A stretch of 64,000 nucleotides of DNA, from the NCBI RefSeq assembly GCF_009914755.1, contig NC_060926.1. The stretch is one strand, 5' to 3'. How positions within the stretch are numbered: the stretch's first letter is position 1; each line of letters begins with the position of its first letter. Origin of the DNA: the human T2T-CHM13v2.0 reference genome, Homo sapiens. Below are positions 1 to 11,830 of the stretch, in pieces. The notes under the pieces were generated by a model. It did no database searches, was not told the origin of the DNA, and saw nothing but the letters and a program-made list of their open reading frames with translations. A program made the translations under genes and the position numbers.

Positions 1-381
1 AATAACATTTACAAGCCATGCTTTTAAAAAAAAAATTTGCCATCCAAATCAGTTACATAGTCCTCTGCCACTCTTCACTCTTGAATATTTTTCCAGAAAA
101 AGAAAATGTCTTCCAATGTTCTAGATGCCTCTGAGCAAGACAGACCTCCCCATTAACAATAAGTGCAGAAACCCTGTAATTTCTGCAAAAGGGAGATTAC
201 CCTCCAGGCTACAGATGGGCTTGGGGACCTGACTGAGATGGTTTGCAGCACAGGGCATACCAGATGTTTTCAAGAAAAGCTGGGAAAGATAATTCAGCAT
301 TGATTTAGAAGAGCACCTTTCAAATGTGTCCACCTGTAATGGTAATACATGTATTTTACATAATGACCCAGTATATAAGAA

Positions 382-382
<1 letters not shown>

Positions 383-418
<36 letters not shown>
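383..418. repeat. (TG)n microsatellite
   Basis: Uninterrupted TG dinucleotide run seen directly. Confidence 0.97.
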
Positions 419-424
<6 letters not shown>

Positions 425-1289
425 CTTGAAACTAAATTTACAAGAGAAAGTTTCACAATCCATTAATAGGTCATGAAATCAATTCCACATGTGTCTTTTT
501 TAAAAAATTAGCATTTTTAAAAAAAGTATAGAAAAGAAAATGTTAGTTTTTATTTTACACATTAAAGGTAAATATTGTTTTGTGATTTCAGTTGTGTACA
601 ATAATTTCTAAAAGGCATAAGCTCATAAGAGATTCTTAAATTTAAAGAAATCAAATTAAGTAATAATGTCCATGAAAAAATATAGAATAAGCTTTTGCCA
701 ACCAATGGGTTCCAGGAAGTTTTAATCATTCAGTCAACAAAAATGTATGAACAAAGACTGTGTTTTAGTTACCTTGCTAACCAGAAGGGAAGAGGAGAGT
801 TTCCTGTTCTTGGACTGTTTTAAGCACAAAATCTTCAAATTTCTTCTCTGTCCACTGGTCATTCCAGTCTTAGCTTTACCTACTGAGGGATAAATATAAG
901 CAAAGCTCTGGGGAAAGGTAAATACAATTGGAAAAACACATGTGTTGCTGTCTTATCACTACTTTTCTTGCTCTGTTTTGGGATGTCTGACCCTGGATGC
1001 TCAGTACTCTCATTACACATTTCTTTAGCTTGGGGTCTGCAGATCTGATGCCCATCTAAGATCAGAGCTCTGGAGACAGTGACTTCCACTTCTGATTCAT
1101 CAAAATACACCTGCCCTACCAAAATACACATGCCATGTCCTTGGTCTCAGAAATAAGAGGGATGAGACATTAATGGTAATAGTGTCTGAATATATCTTTG
1201 CAGATAGCATCATCATTTTCATCATTTTGACAGGGGCACCCCAATAGCATGTGTACTGTAAATAATTTAGGCTAAGTCACTTCATTATT

Positions 1290-1498
1290 TAACTGAAGAA
1301 ATACTGAAGGAGGCTAGATGGATACTGTCCCTGCCCTAATTGGGCTTTGAGTCTGGCAGCAAAGACAGACATTAAACGGTAAGCGTAATATAAGATTAGC
1401 ACTAAAAAGGAGCTACGAGAATTTATAACAAGATAATTTAATCAGAACTACGGAGTCAGGCAAGACTTCTGAGACAATGATATTTAAATTGAGGCCTC
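1290..1498 (-). mobile_element. L2 LINE fragment, interrupted by L1PB and continuing at about 4172-4215
   Basis: Diverged 'gtccctgccct...agacagacattaaac' motif typical of antisense L2. Boundaries approximate. Confidence 0.5.
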
Positions 1499-4160
1499 CC
1501 AAACAAAAACATAAAGTGAGGAAAGGACACCATTTTCAACATATGATGCTGGGATAATTGGCTAGCCACATGTAGGAGAATGAAACTGGATCCTCATCTC
1601 TCACCTTATACAAAAATCAACTCAAGATGGATTAAGGACTTAAATCTAAGACCTGAAACTATAAAAATTCTAGAAGATAACATTGGAACAACCCTTCTAG
1701 ACATTGGCCTAGGCAAGGATTTCATGACCAAAAACCCAAAAGCAAAAGCAATAAAAACAAAGATAAATAGCTGGGACCTAATTAAACTAAAGAGCTTTTG
1801 CATGGCAAAAGGAACAGTCAGAGTAAACAAGACAACCACAGAATGGGAGAAAATCCTCACAATCTATACATCTGACAAAGGACTAATATCCAGAATCTAC
1901 AACGAACTCAAACAAACCAGTAAAAAAACAAACAATCCCATCAAAAAGTGGGCTAACATGAATAGACAGTTCTCAAAAGAAGATATACAAATGGCCAAAA
2001 AACATATTAAAAAATGCTCAACATCACTAATGATCAGGGAAATGCAAATCAAAGCCACAGTGTGATACCACCTTACTTCTCCAAGAATGGCCATAATCAA
2101 AGCATCAAAAAACAGTAGATGTTGGTGTGGATGTGGCGATCAGGGAACACTTCTACATTGCTGGTGGGAATGTAAACTAGTACAGCCACTATGGAAAACA
2201 ATGTGGAGATTCCTTAAAGAACTAAATGTAGAGCTACCATTTGATCCAGCAATCCCACTACTGGGTATCTACCCAGAGGAAAAGAAGTCATTATTCAAAA
2301 AAGATACTTGCATATGCATGTTTATAGCAGTACAATTCACAATTGCAAAATCGTGGAACCAACCCAAATACCCATCAATCAACGAGTGGATAAAGAAACT
2401 GTGTACAGTTTCTTTGCACATTATATATATATATTATATTATATATATTATATATTATACATATTATATATAATATATATTATATATGTATCATATATTA
2501 CATAATATATAATATATTATATATTACATAATATATTATATATTACATATATATTTATATATATAATTCCATCATATATATACTTTATATATATAATTCC
2601 ATCATATGTATTTTATATATGTAATTCCATCATATGTATTTTATATATGTAATTCCATCATATGTATTTTATATATGTAATTCCATCATATATATATTTT
2701 ATATATGTAATTCCATCATATATATATTTTATATATGTAATTCCATCATATATATATTTTATATATGTAATTCCATCATATATATATTTTATATATATAA
2801 TTCCATCATATATATATTTTATATATATAATTCCATCATATATATATTTTATATATATAATTCCATCATATATATATTTTATATATATAATTCCATCATA
2901 TATATTTTATATATATAATTCCATCATATATATATTTTATATATATAATTCCATCATATATATATTTTATATATATAATTCCATCATATATATATTTTAT
3001 ATATATAATTCCATCATATATATATTTTATATATATAATTCCATCATATATATATTTTATATATATAATTCCATCATATATATATTTTATATATATAATT
3101 CCATCATATATATATTTTATATATATAATTCCATCATATATATATTTTATATATATAATTCCATCATATATATATTTTATATATATAATTCCATTATATA
3201 TTTTATACATATTGGAATTATATATATTTTATATATATATAATTCCATTTTATATATATATAATTTGATTATACATATTATATATATATTTCGATTATAC
3301 ATATTATATATATAATTCCATTATACATATTATATATATATAATTCCATTATACATATTATATATATATAATTCCATTATACATATTATATATATATAAT
3401 TCCATTATACATATTATATATATAATTCCATTATACATATTATATATAATTCCATTATACATATTATATATATATAATTCCATTATACATATTATATATA
3501 TATAATTCCATTATACATATTATATATATATAATTCCATTATACATATTATATATATATAATTCCATTATACATATTATATATATATAATTCCATTATAC
3601 ATATTATATATATAATTCCATTATACATGTTATATATATATAATTCCATTATACATGTTATATATATATAATTCCATTATACATGTTATATATATATAAT
3701 TCCATTATACATGTTATATATATATAATTCCATTATACATATATTTTATATATATTTTATATATACATAATTCCATTTTATATATATATATATGGAATAG
3801 TACTCAGTCATAAAAAGGAATGAATTAACAGCATTTGCAATGACCTGTATGAGATTGGAGACTATTATTCTAAGTAAAGTAACTCAGGAAGGGAAAACCA
3901 AACATCATATGTTCTCACTGATAATGTGGGAGCTAAGCTATGAGGACACAAAGGCATGAGAATGATACAGTGAACTTTGGGGACTTGATAGGAAGAACGG
4001 GAGGAGGGCAAGGGATAAAAGACCACAAATACAGTGCAGTGTATACTGCTTGGGTGATGGGTGCACCAGGATCTCACAAATCACCACTAAAGAACTTACT
4101 CATGTAATCCAATACCACCTGTACTCCAATAACATATGGAAAAATTAAAAAAAAATTAAA
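1499..4160 (+). mobile_element. 5'-truncated L1PB1-like LINE-1 (ORF2 C-terminus plus 3'UTR), interrupted by a TA-rich VNTR
   Basis: ORF track 1580-2065 ([21 protein letters not shown]) and 2087-2473 ([13 protein letters not shown]) are L1 ORF2. The 3'UTR 'gggaaaaccaaacatc...caccactaaagaacttactcatg' is L1PB type and ends in an A tail. Degenerate TSD aaattgaggcctc (1486-1498) / aaaatgaggcttc (4159-4171). Confidence 0.9.
2421..3792. repeat. Compound AT-rich minisatellite/VNTR
   Basis: About 21 copies of a 28-30-bp unit ttccatcatatatatattttatatat(a/g)taa (2567-3188), then about 16 copies of a ~28-bp unit ttccattatacat(a/g)ttatatatatataa (3317-3745), flanked by (TA)-rich sequence. Confidence 0.97.
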
Positions 4161-5721
4161 AATGAGGCTTCTGGATAAGTAGGCATTAGCTAGGTGAGGG
4201 GAGAGGTTTAGGGACAGACTGCCTCTTGACTAGCTTTGTACCTTTATGATTTTTTTTTAACTCTTCTAATCCTCCATTTTATGTGTATAAAATGAAGGAA
4301 ATATACCAACCTTAGAGGTTTGCCTGTAAATTGTTTGGCACAGAAATGGTACTTAGTACACAATATGTGGCCACCAGTAATGGTAGTGGCAATCGTGATG
4401 GTGGTGCTGGTAGTGGTGGCAGTAGTACTTAGCCAGTGGAATATTGATTTCCAGGAGAAACATGGCAGTTATGTAGATCTTTACAGCCAGGAATTTCCAA
4501 GAGAGCTGTATATTTACAAGCCTCTTTCAACTGAAGTAGAAATCATTTGCACAGCTAATGGCCCTGTATAGGCCCCAAAAGAAAGGAAACAAACAACTCT
4601 TCCAACCCTGAATGTGGTGGTAACAGTCTCAGAGCCTCCATCTAGCAGCATACACCCAGGAAGTCCTGTAGTGATAGAATGTCTTTCTTCAGAGTGGGAA
4701 TGTGGGATTCCTGTTTTCAGTAACTATTTCACTATTCTCTGCATTATGGTTTGCACTGAGACTTCCTTTCTTCTTTCCAAGAGAATCTAAACATTTTTTA
4801 ATAGTTCAAATGGAAGTTTAAGCAGACTGGTGAGAACACTTGATTGATGCTCTTTTTTTTTTTTAGTTATATCAGGCCACATCCTTGGTATTGAGCAAAT
4901 AGCATGAATAGAAACCATTTTGAGAAATACGAATAATTGTTCCATTATATTGATCCAGTGATAATCAGAAAATGTCTATGCAAGTGAATATATTTCTCAA
5001 GCATCAATGGAAAGCCACATTTTAAATACCGTTCATTCATCTTTTTACAAAAGAAAGAAAATTATTATTTTCTTTCTCTGGTAAATTATAACAATTATAA
5101 TAAACAATCCTTCATAAACTCTTTCCATTTAAAGTGTCCTGGCATTGAATAAACACTGCTCAATGAATAATAGTGTCCCAAGAATGTACCAAGGCAAAAG
5201 AGCACGATAATCCCAAATCTTATTCAAAAATCTTTCAATGGCTCTGTGGAATCCCAAGTCTTATATAGCTCTTCATTTCAGCATATAACCCTCTGATTTC
5301 AATACATTTTACTAAATTCACTTGTATATGATTTCCAGGCTCTCCAGCTGAACTAGATTACCCATGGTTTCTGAACCACAACCCTCAATTTCCTGGCTCT
5401 CTGCCTTTGTTTATGACATTGCTTCTACCTGTAACAATCATTCTGAAGGCCATCTTCTTGCCAAGGTCACTACATCTTTCTTGGTCTGTGAAATTTGATG
5501 GGACGTCCTTGTTTGTAAGCCCCCAACATACTCTAGGTGAATGTTATTTATCCTTTTCATGCTATTTTTGTTTAAAATTTCTTTATATGCCTCATCTTTC
5601 ATTCTATATTGCAAATTTCTTGAGGCCACGTTGGTACAGGAATACAAGAATGACAAGACCCATTGCATCTCATTATTCTTGTATTCCTGTACCATTTTTC
5701 ACAATGCCTTATCCTAAGTTC

Positions 5722-5860
5722 TAGCATAGGGGTTGAGAACATGAACTTTAAGGCCAAAAAGAAAAATGGAATGGTGTCCTGACTCTCCTTTTTACAGGCT
5801 GTGTAACTTTGTTCAAATGGCTAAACTTTTTAAAGCCACATTTCTTCATTTGAAAAATCG
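5722..5860 (+). mobile_element. MIR SINE fragment
   Basis: Core-like 'ctgtgtaactttgttcaaatggctaaac...tttcttcatttgaaaaat'. Confidence 0.55.
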
Positions 5861-6034
5861 CAAGGCACCTACTGCTTGACTGCACCTCAACATCCAACAC
5901 TTCTTAAATTGTTTTGGGTTACGTCACATTTCTAAAAAATAGAATGAAGGCTCTGGACATTGCCCTAAGAGAAAAGTACACACATATATACACATCCAGT
6001 GATAAAACTTACATCTATTCACTGGTGTTCAAGA

Positions 6035-6900
6035 GCAGAGGATCTCGAATTATGGTCTGTGTACTCTTATGGTCCCCAAGACTCACTTCAGACATACAGG
6101 AGGTCGAATCTATTTTCATAATTATACGTACACAATATTTCCCTTTATCTCTGTATTGACATTTGCACTTATAATACAAAAGTAATATTGGATAAAACCG
6201 TTGGCCCCTTAGCATGAATCAAGGCAGCAGGAATAAACTAACATTGTATTCACTATATTGTCTATTAATCATGGTATTCTTCAATGCCATGCACTTACAA
6301 TAAAAATAAGGAACACAAATTTAAAAATCAGTTTCACTTAGGCAACTCCTTGATGATGCAATAAAATTGTTAACTTTATTGGATGTCAAACCTTGAGTGA
6401 CATTCTGTATATGGAACAGGAAGTCTACATGTAATGCTTCTGCTGCATCCTGAAGTATAAGGTTGTCTTGAGGAAGGGTACTGGTGGTTAAGCTGTGAGC
6501 TGAACTTATTGTTTCTCTGTTATTAGAACACTATTTTTACTTGATAAGATGACCGACTGACAAACTAATGTTGTTCAGACAACAGTTTGGGTATTTGGTA
6601 GAGATTTTCTCACAAATAAACAAAGAGAGTATAACTTCAAGAAAAAAAAAACAAAAAACCTAAAAGTATTTGTTCCCAAAGGTCAAAGAACTTTAGAAAA
6701 CATATATACCATTATGCACCTGACAGCTTCCCTAAGACATTTTTTATTTGATCAAAGATGATACTAACAAAATTATTTTTAAAATATGTTGTATATGGCG
6801 ACATTTGGAAGATCTGTATAACTCCATAAACCAATATTTTCCAAATGGCCACTGCATGGTGACATAAAATCATGCATGGGTAAAGATTCATTCAATGGAA
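6035..6900. mobile_element. Charlie1a-like hAT DNA transposon, left part
   Basis: 'ggtccccaagact...ctattttcataat...gacatttgcact...ttagcatgaatcaaggcag' and '...catgcatgggtaaagattcattcaa' match the recalled Charlie1 consensus. Confidence 0.75.
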
Positions 6901-8375
6901 GTCAGAAAGAACTAGAAAAAATCTATTTTGAAATTCATACGGAACAACAACAACAAAAAAGCCCAAATAGCCAAGGCAATACTAAGCAAAAGAACAAAGC
7001 TGCAGCCATTACACTACCTAACTTCAAACTATATTACAGGGCTACAGTAACCGAAATAGCATGGTACTAGCATAAGAACGGACACATAGACCAATGGAAC
7101 AAAATAGAGGGTCCAGAAATAAAGCCACACACCCACAACCATCTGATCTTTGACAAAGCTGACAAAAACAACCACTGGGGAAAGGATTCCCCATTTAATA
7201 AGCAGCGCTGGGATAATTGGCTAGCCATAAGCAGAAGAATGAAACTGGACTCTTTCCTTGTATCATATATAAAAATTAACTCAAGATGAATTTAAGACAT
7301 TCCTAGGCAATCCCATTCTTGACATAGGAATTGGCAAAGATTTTATGACAAAGATGCCAAAAGCAATTGCAACAAAAACAAAAATTGACAAATATGATCT
7401 AATTAAACTAAATAGCCTCTGCACAGCAAAAGAAACCATCAGTAAAGTAGACAGACAACCTACAGAATGGGAGAAAATGTTTGCAACCTATACATCTGAC
7501 AAAGTCCTAATATCTAGCATCTATATAAACAAATTTACCAGAAAACAACCACCCACATTAAAACGTGGGCAAAGGATATGAACAAACGATTTTCAAAAGA
7601 AGACATATATGCGGCCAATAAGCAAATGAGGAAAAGCTCAACATCACTGATCATTAGAGAAATGCAAATCAAAACCACAATGAGATACCATCTCATACCA
7701 GTCAGAATGGCTATTAATAAAAAGTAAAAAATAATAACAATAATAATGCTGGTGAGGTTATGTAGAAAAGGGAATACTTATACATTGTGGAAAGCAGTGT
7801 AGAAATTCCTCAAAAACCTAACATCAGAACTACCATTCAACCCAGCAATCTCATTACTGAGTATATACACAAAGGAGTATAAATCATTCTATTATAAAGA
7901 CACATGCACATGTATGTTCATCACAACATTATTCACAATAACAAAGACATGAAATCAACCTAAATCCCCAACAATGGTAGACTGGATAAAGAAAATGTGG
8001 TATATATACACCATAGAATACTATGCAGTCATAAAAGAAAATGAGATTGTGTCCTTTGCAGTAACATGATGGAGCTGGAGGCCATTATTCTTAGCAAACT
8101 AACACAAGGACAGAAAACCAAATACTGCCTGTTCTCACTTATAAGCAGGAGCTAAATGATGGAAACACATGGACACATACAGGGAAACAACACACACTGG
8201 GACCTACTGGAGGGTGGAAGGTAGTAGGAGGGAGAGGATCAAGAAAAATAACTAATGTGTACTAGGCTTAATACCAGGGTGATGAAATAATCTGTACAGC
8301 AAACCTTCATGACATGAATTTACCTATGTAGCAAATTTGTACATGCACTCCTGAACTTAAAGGTTAAAAAAAAGA
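6901..8375 (+). mobile_element. 5'-truncated L1 (L1PREC2/L1PA14-15-like)
   Basis: ORF2 remnants [15 protein letters not shown] and [14 protein letters not shown]. 3'UTR 'gagaggatcaagaaaaataactaatg...tgatgaaataatctgtacagc' followed by an A tail. Two small internal deletions (about 7298 and about 7785). Confidence 0.88.
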
Positions 8376-8865
8376 AACAAAGCAAGTTAATGGAAGTTTT
8401 GGAATTTGAAGCAGATCTAAATCTTTATATGTTTCAATATGCCACACTGGCATAGTACATTTACCTTAACCATAAGTAGAGATATAATTGTATGGTTACT
8501 GACAAAATAGAAGCCATAATTAGGAATAAATAAGTCTCTCTATATATATCTACACATCTATCTATATATATCTTACTTTTACACAATAAAAACTGAAAAA
8601 ATGATAAATATGAAGACATTGAGAATGTTCAATAAATGATGTCAGAATCAAGATATTTTTATTCCACTCAGCTTTATAAAACCAAATAAATGATAAAATA
8701 AGAATGTAAAATAACCCACCTTTCAAAATAACCTAAAAATGGTTACTAACCCCTCTGCCCCAAACACATACAAAATACTAAGAATGTCTACTAAATATAG
8801 TAAAATTTGTATCAAAACTAGCAAGGATTAGAACTATGAATTTTTCTCCAGATCTCTTTCAGATT

Positions 8866-9020
8866 TGCTATTGCCTGGATGTTTATATCCTCTCACAATT
8901 AATATGTTGGATTCCTAACCCCCAAGGTGATGGCATTAGGAGGTGAGACCTTTGGGAGGTGATTAGTTCATGGAAGTGGAATCTTCTTGAATGGGATTAA
9001 TACCCATATAAAATAGGCCC
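8866..9020 (+). mobile_element. MaLR LTR (MST/MLT1A-like), 5' fragment only
   Basis: Begins tgcta..., contains 'cccaaggtgatggcattaggaggtgagacctttgggaggtgattag', and is cut off by the next L1. Confidence 0.75.
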
Positions 9021-10690
9021 AATGTTCTGACTTCAAACTATACTATAAGGCTACAGTAACCAAACAGCATGGTACTAGTACAAAAACAGACACATAGACC
9101 AATGGAACAGAATAAAGAACTCAGAAATAAAACCAAGCATTTACAGCCATCTGATCTTTGACAAAGTCAACAAAAGCAATGGGGAAAGGACTTCCTATTC
9201 AATAAAAGGTGCTGAGATACCTGGCTAGCAATATGTAGAAAAATGAAACTGGACTTCTACCTTGAGTTGATACAAAAATCAACTCAAGATGAATTAAAGA
9301 TTTAAATGTAAAACCTCAAAACATAAGAATTATAGAAGAAAACCTAGGAAATACCATTCTGGACTTTGGCTTTGGTAAAGAATTTATGACTAAGTCCTCA
9401 AAAGCAATTGCAACAAAAAAATTGACAAGTGGGACCTAATTAAACTGAAGAGCTTCTGCACAGCAAAAGAGACTATCAACAGAGTAAACAGACAACCTAC
9501 AGAATGGGAGAAAATGTTCACAAACTATGCATTTGACAAAGATCTAATATCCAGTATCTATAAGGGACTTAACCAATTGAACAAACAAATAACAATTAAC
9601 CCCATTAAAAATGAGTAAAAGACATGAACACTTAACAAAAGAAGACATACAAGCAGCTAACAAACATGAGAAAATGCTGTATAGCACTAATGATCAGAGA
9701 AATGTAAATCAAAATCACAATGAAATAACATCTCACACAAGTCAGAATGGCTGTTACTAAAGTCAAAAAACAACAGATGCTAGTAAGGCTGCAGAGAAAA
9801 GGGACAACTTATACACTGTTGGTGGGAATGTAAATTACTTCAGCCACCGTGAAAAGTGGTTTAGACAATGAGAACACATGGACACAGGGAGGGGAACGTC
9901 ACACACCGGGGCCTATCGGGCTGGGAGGCAAGGGGAAGGATAGCATTAGGACAAATATCTAATGCATGTGGGGCTTAAAACCTAGATGACGGATTGATGG
10001 ATGCAGCAAACCACCATGGCACATGTATACCTATGTAACAAACCTGCACATTCTGCACATGTATCGCAGAACTTAAAGCATAATAATAATAATAATCAAA
10101 AGAAAAGTGGTTTAGAGATTTCTCAAAGAACTTAAAATAGAACTACCATTCAACCCAGCAATCCCATTACTGGGTATACACCCAAAAGAAAATAAATCCT
10201 TCTACCAAAAAAACACATGCATGAATATGTTCATCGCAGCACTATTCACAATACCAAAAACATAGAATCAACATAAGCGCCCATCAATGGTGGATTGGAT
10301 AAAGAAAATGTGGTACATATACACCATGAAATACTATGTAGCCATAAAAAAGAAAGAAATTATGTCCTTTGTGGCAACATATATACAGCTGGAGGTCATT
10401 GTGCTAAGCAAATTAACACGGAAACAGAAAACCAAGTATCACATGTTCTCACATATAAGTGGGAATTAAACACTGGGTATTCACAGACATAAAGGACACT
10501 AGGGATTACTAGAGTGGGGAGAGAGGAAGAGGGTAAAAGTTGAAAAACTAACTATTGAGTACTATGCTCAGCACCTGGGGGACAGGATCAATCATACCTC
10601 AAACCTCAGAATCATGCAATATACCTTTGTAACGAACCTACACATGTACCCCCTGAGTTTAAAATAAATGTTAAAATTATTTTTAAAAAA
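9021..10690 (+). mobile_element. 5'-truncated L1PA16-like LINE-1 containing a nested L1 3' end
   Basis: Starts 'ctgacttcaaactatactataaggc'. 3'UTR 'gttgaaaaactaactattgagtactatgctcag...cacatgtaccccctga'. Confidence 0.87.
9866..10101 (+). mobile_element. 236-bp L1PA6/7-like 3' end nested in an older L1
   Basis: Perfect 15-bp TSD gaaaagtggtttaga (9851-9865 and 10102-10116). L1PA 3'UTR sequence with a (TAA)n tail. Confidence 0.93.
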
Positions 10691-10740
10691 GAAAATAGAA
10701 ATTAAAAGTACAATGAGATACCACTAAAAAAGAAAAAAAG

Positions 10741-11298
10741 CAAATGAGATAAGCCAAAGGGTTTTAATGTAACAGAATTCAAATGGTACATTCATAATGG
10801 TTTAAATCACATATTGCAACTATCCTTAATAAAACTACTATTTGTCCAGTTTTGCTGTAGTATTAAAACAGAATATTCACAATTACCTGAAAAGGCTATT
10901 CAAATACTCCTTTTTTTCACAACTACATATCTGTATGAGGCCATGTTGTCTTCAATCAAAACCATATGTTGCAACATTTTGAATACAGAAGTAGATATGA
11001 GAAAACAGTTGACTTTTCTTAAACTGGACAAATAAATAGATAGGTAAAAATGTGAAACAAAGGCATTCTTCTATTTTTTTCATGCTTTGAAAAATATAGC
11101 TTTTTAATGAAAATGTTATTTATATAAATATAGAATGGGTTTATTAATTTAATTTAAAATAAATTAATAAGATTTTTAAAAATATCTTCATTTTAATTTC
11201 AAATACAGAAAATATCTATATTGATAACCCAGAAAAGCTCTAAGTCTTTATTTTTAAGAGTGCTTAGGGGTCGTGAGGCCACAAAGTTTGAGAACAAT
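10741..11298. mobile_element. Charlie1a-like hAT DNA transposon, right part
   Basis: Resumes the consensus where the left part stops. ORF 10814-11035 (EYSQLPEKAIQILLFFTTTYLYEAMLS) resembles the hAT C-terminal dimerisation motif. Ends 'aagtttgagaaca'. Confidence 0.78.
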
Positions 11299-11830
11299 TT
11301 TTTTAAGATCTTTGTGGTTCTCAGATTATGAAACCCTGCTCTAGTAATATGCCCACAATTTTGTGAGGTAAAATGTAGGCTTCTGCCATGGCAGCCCCAG
11401 GTTCCTCCTTTCAGTTGAGTCTCTGTGTGGAAGGAAACTTCCCTATTTTATTAATGTAAATGACACCCCCCCAAAAAAATCTGTAAAATTACAAATATGT
11501 TACCCAAGCAGAGTCCTGTAAATGTAGATGAAATTAGGGTTCTTTAAAAATGGAATTGTATGTTTGACACTCTGAGATGAAGTATTGTTTGTAAAGAAAA
11601 TATGCACTTATTTTTTGACTGGACATTTCCACACAATGGGGCATCTTTACATTCCCCTTCATTCCTCCCCCAATTTTAAAGTTGTCATCACAGTTAGTCC
11701 ATTGTTTTGTAAAAATACTGATTATTTATTAATTAGAACAAGAAATGAGTAGCATGTAGACACTTAACAACTTTAGAGACTTTTATAAGTGATGGGCATG
11801 GTGTCTGCAGAACTATTCAGCTTCTTGAAT

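Noticed and set aside
880-1131. 83-aa minus-strand ORF with hydrophilic, protein-like composition
   Set aside because: No recognisable homology, weak splice acceptor, and a length within chance expectation.
2634-3315. ORFs of 94-217 aa with repeating YIYNSII / YIIPSY units
   Set aside because: Translation of the 30-bp VNTR, whose unit length is divisible by 3. Not a gene.
2567-3745. Regularly spaced direct repeats resembling a CRISPR array
   Set aside because: Head-to-tail units with no unique spacers, in eukaryotic DNA with no cas genes.
4376-4430. Hydrophobic 'transmembrane' stretch in ORF 4320-4571
   Set aside because: Encoded by a degenerate (GTG/GTA)n low-complexity run next to a MIR fragment.
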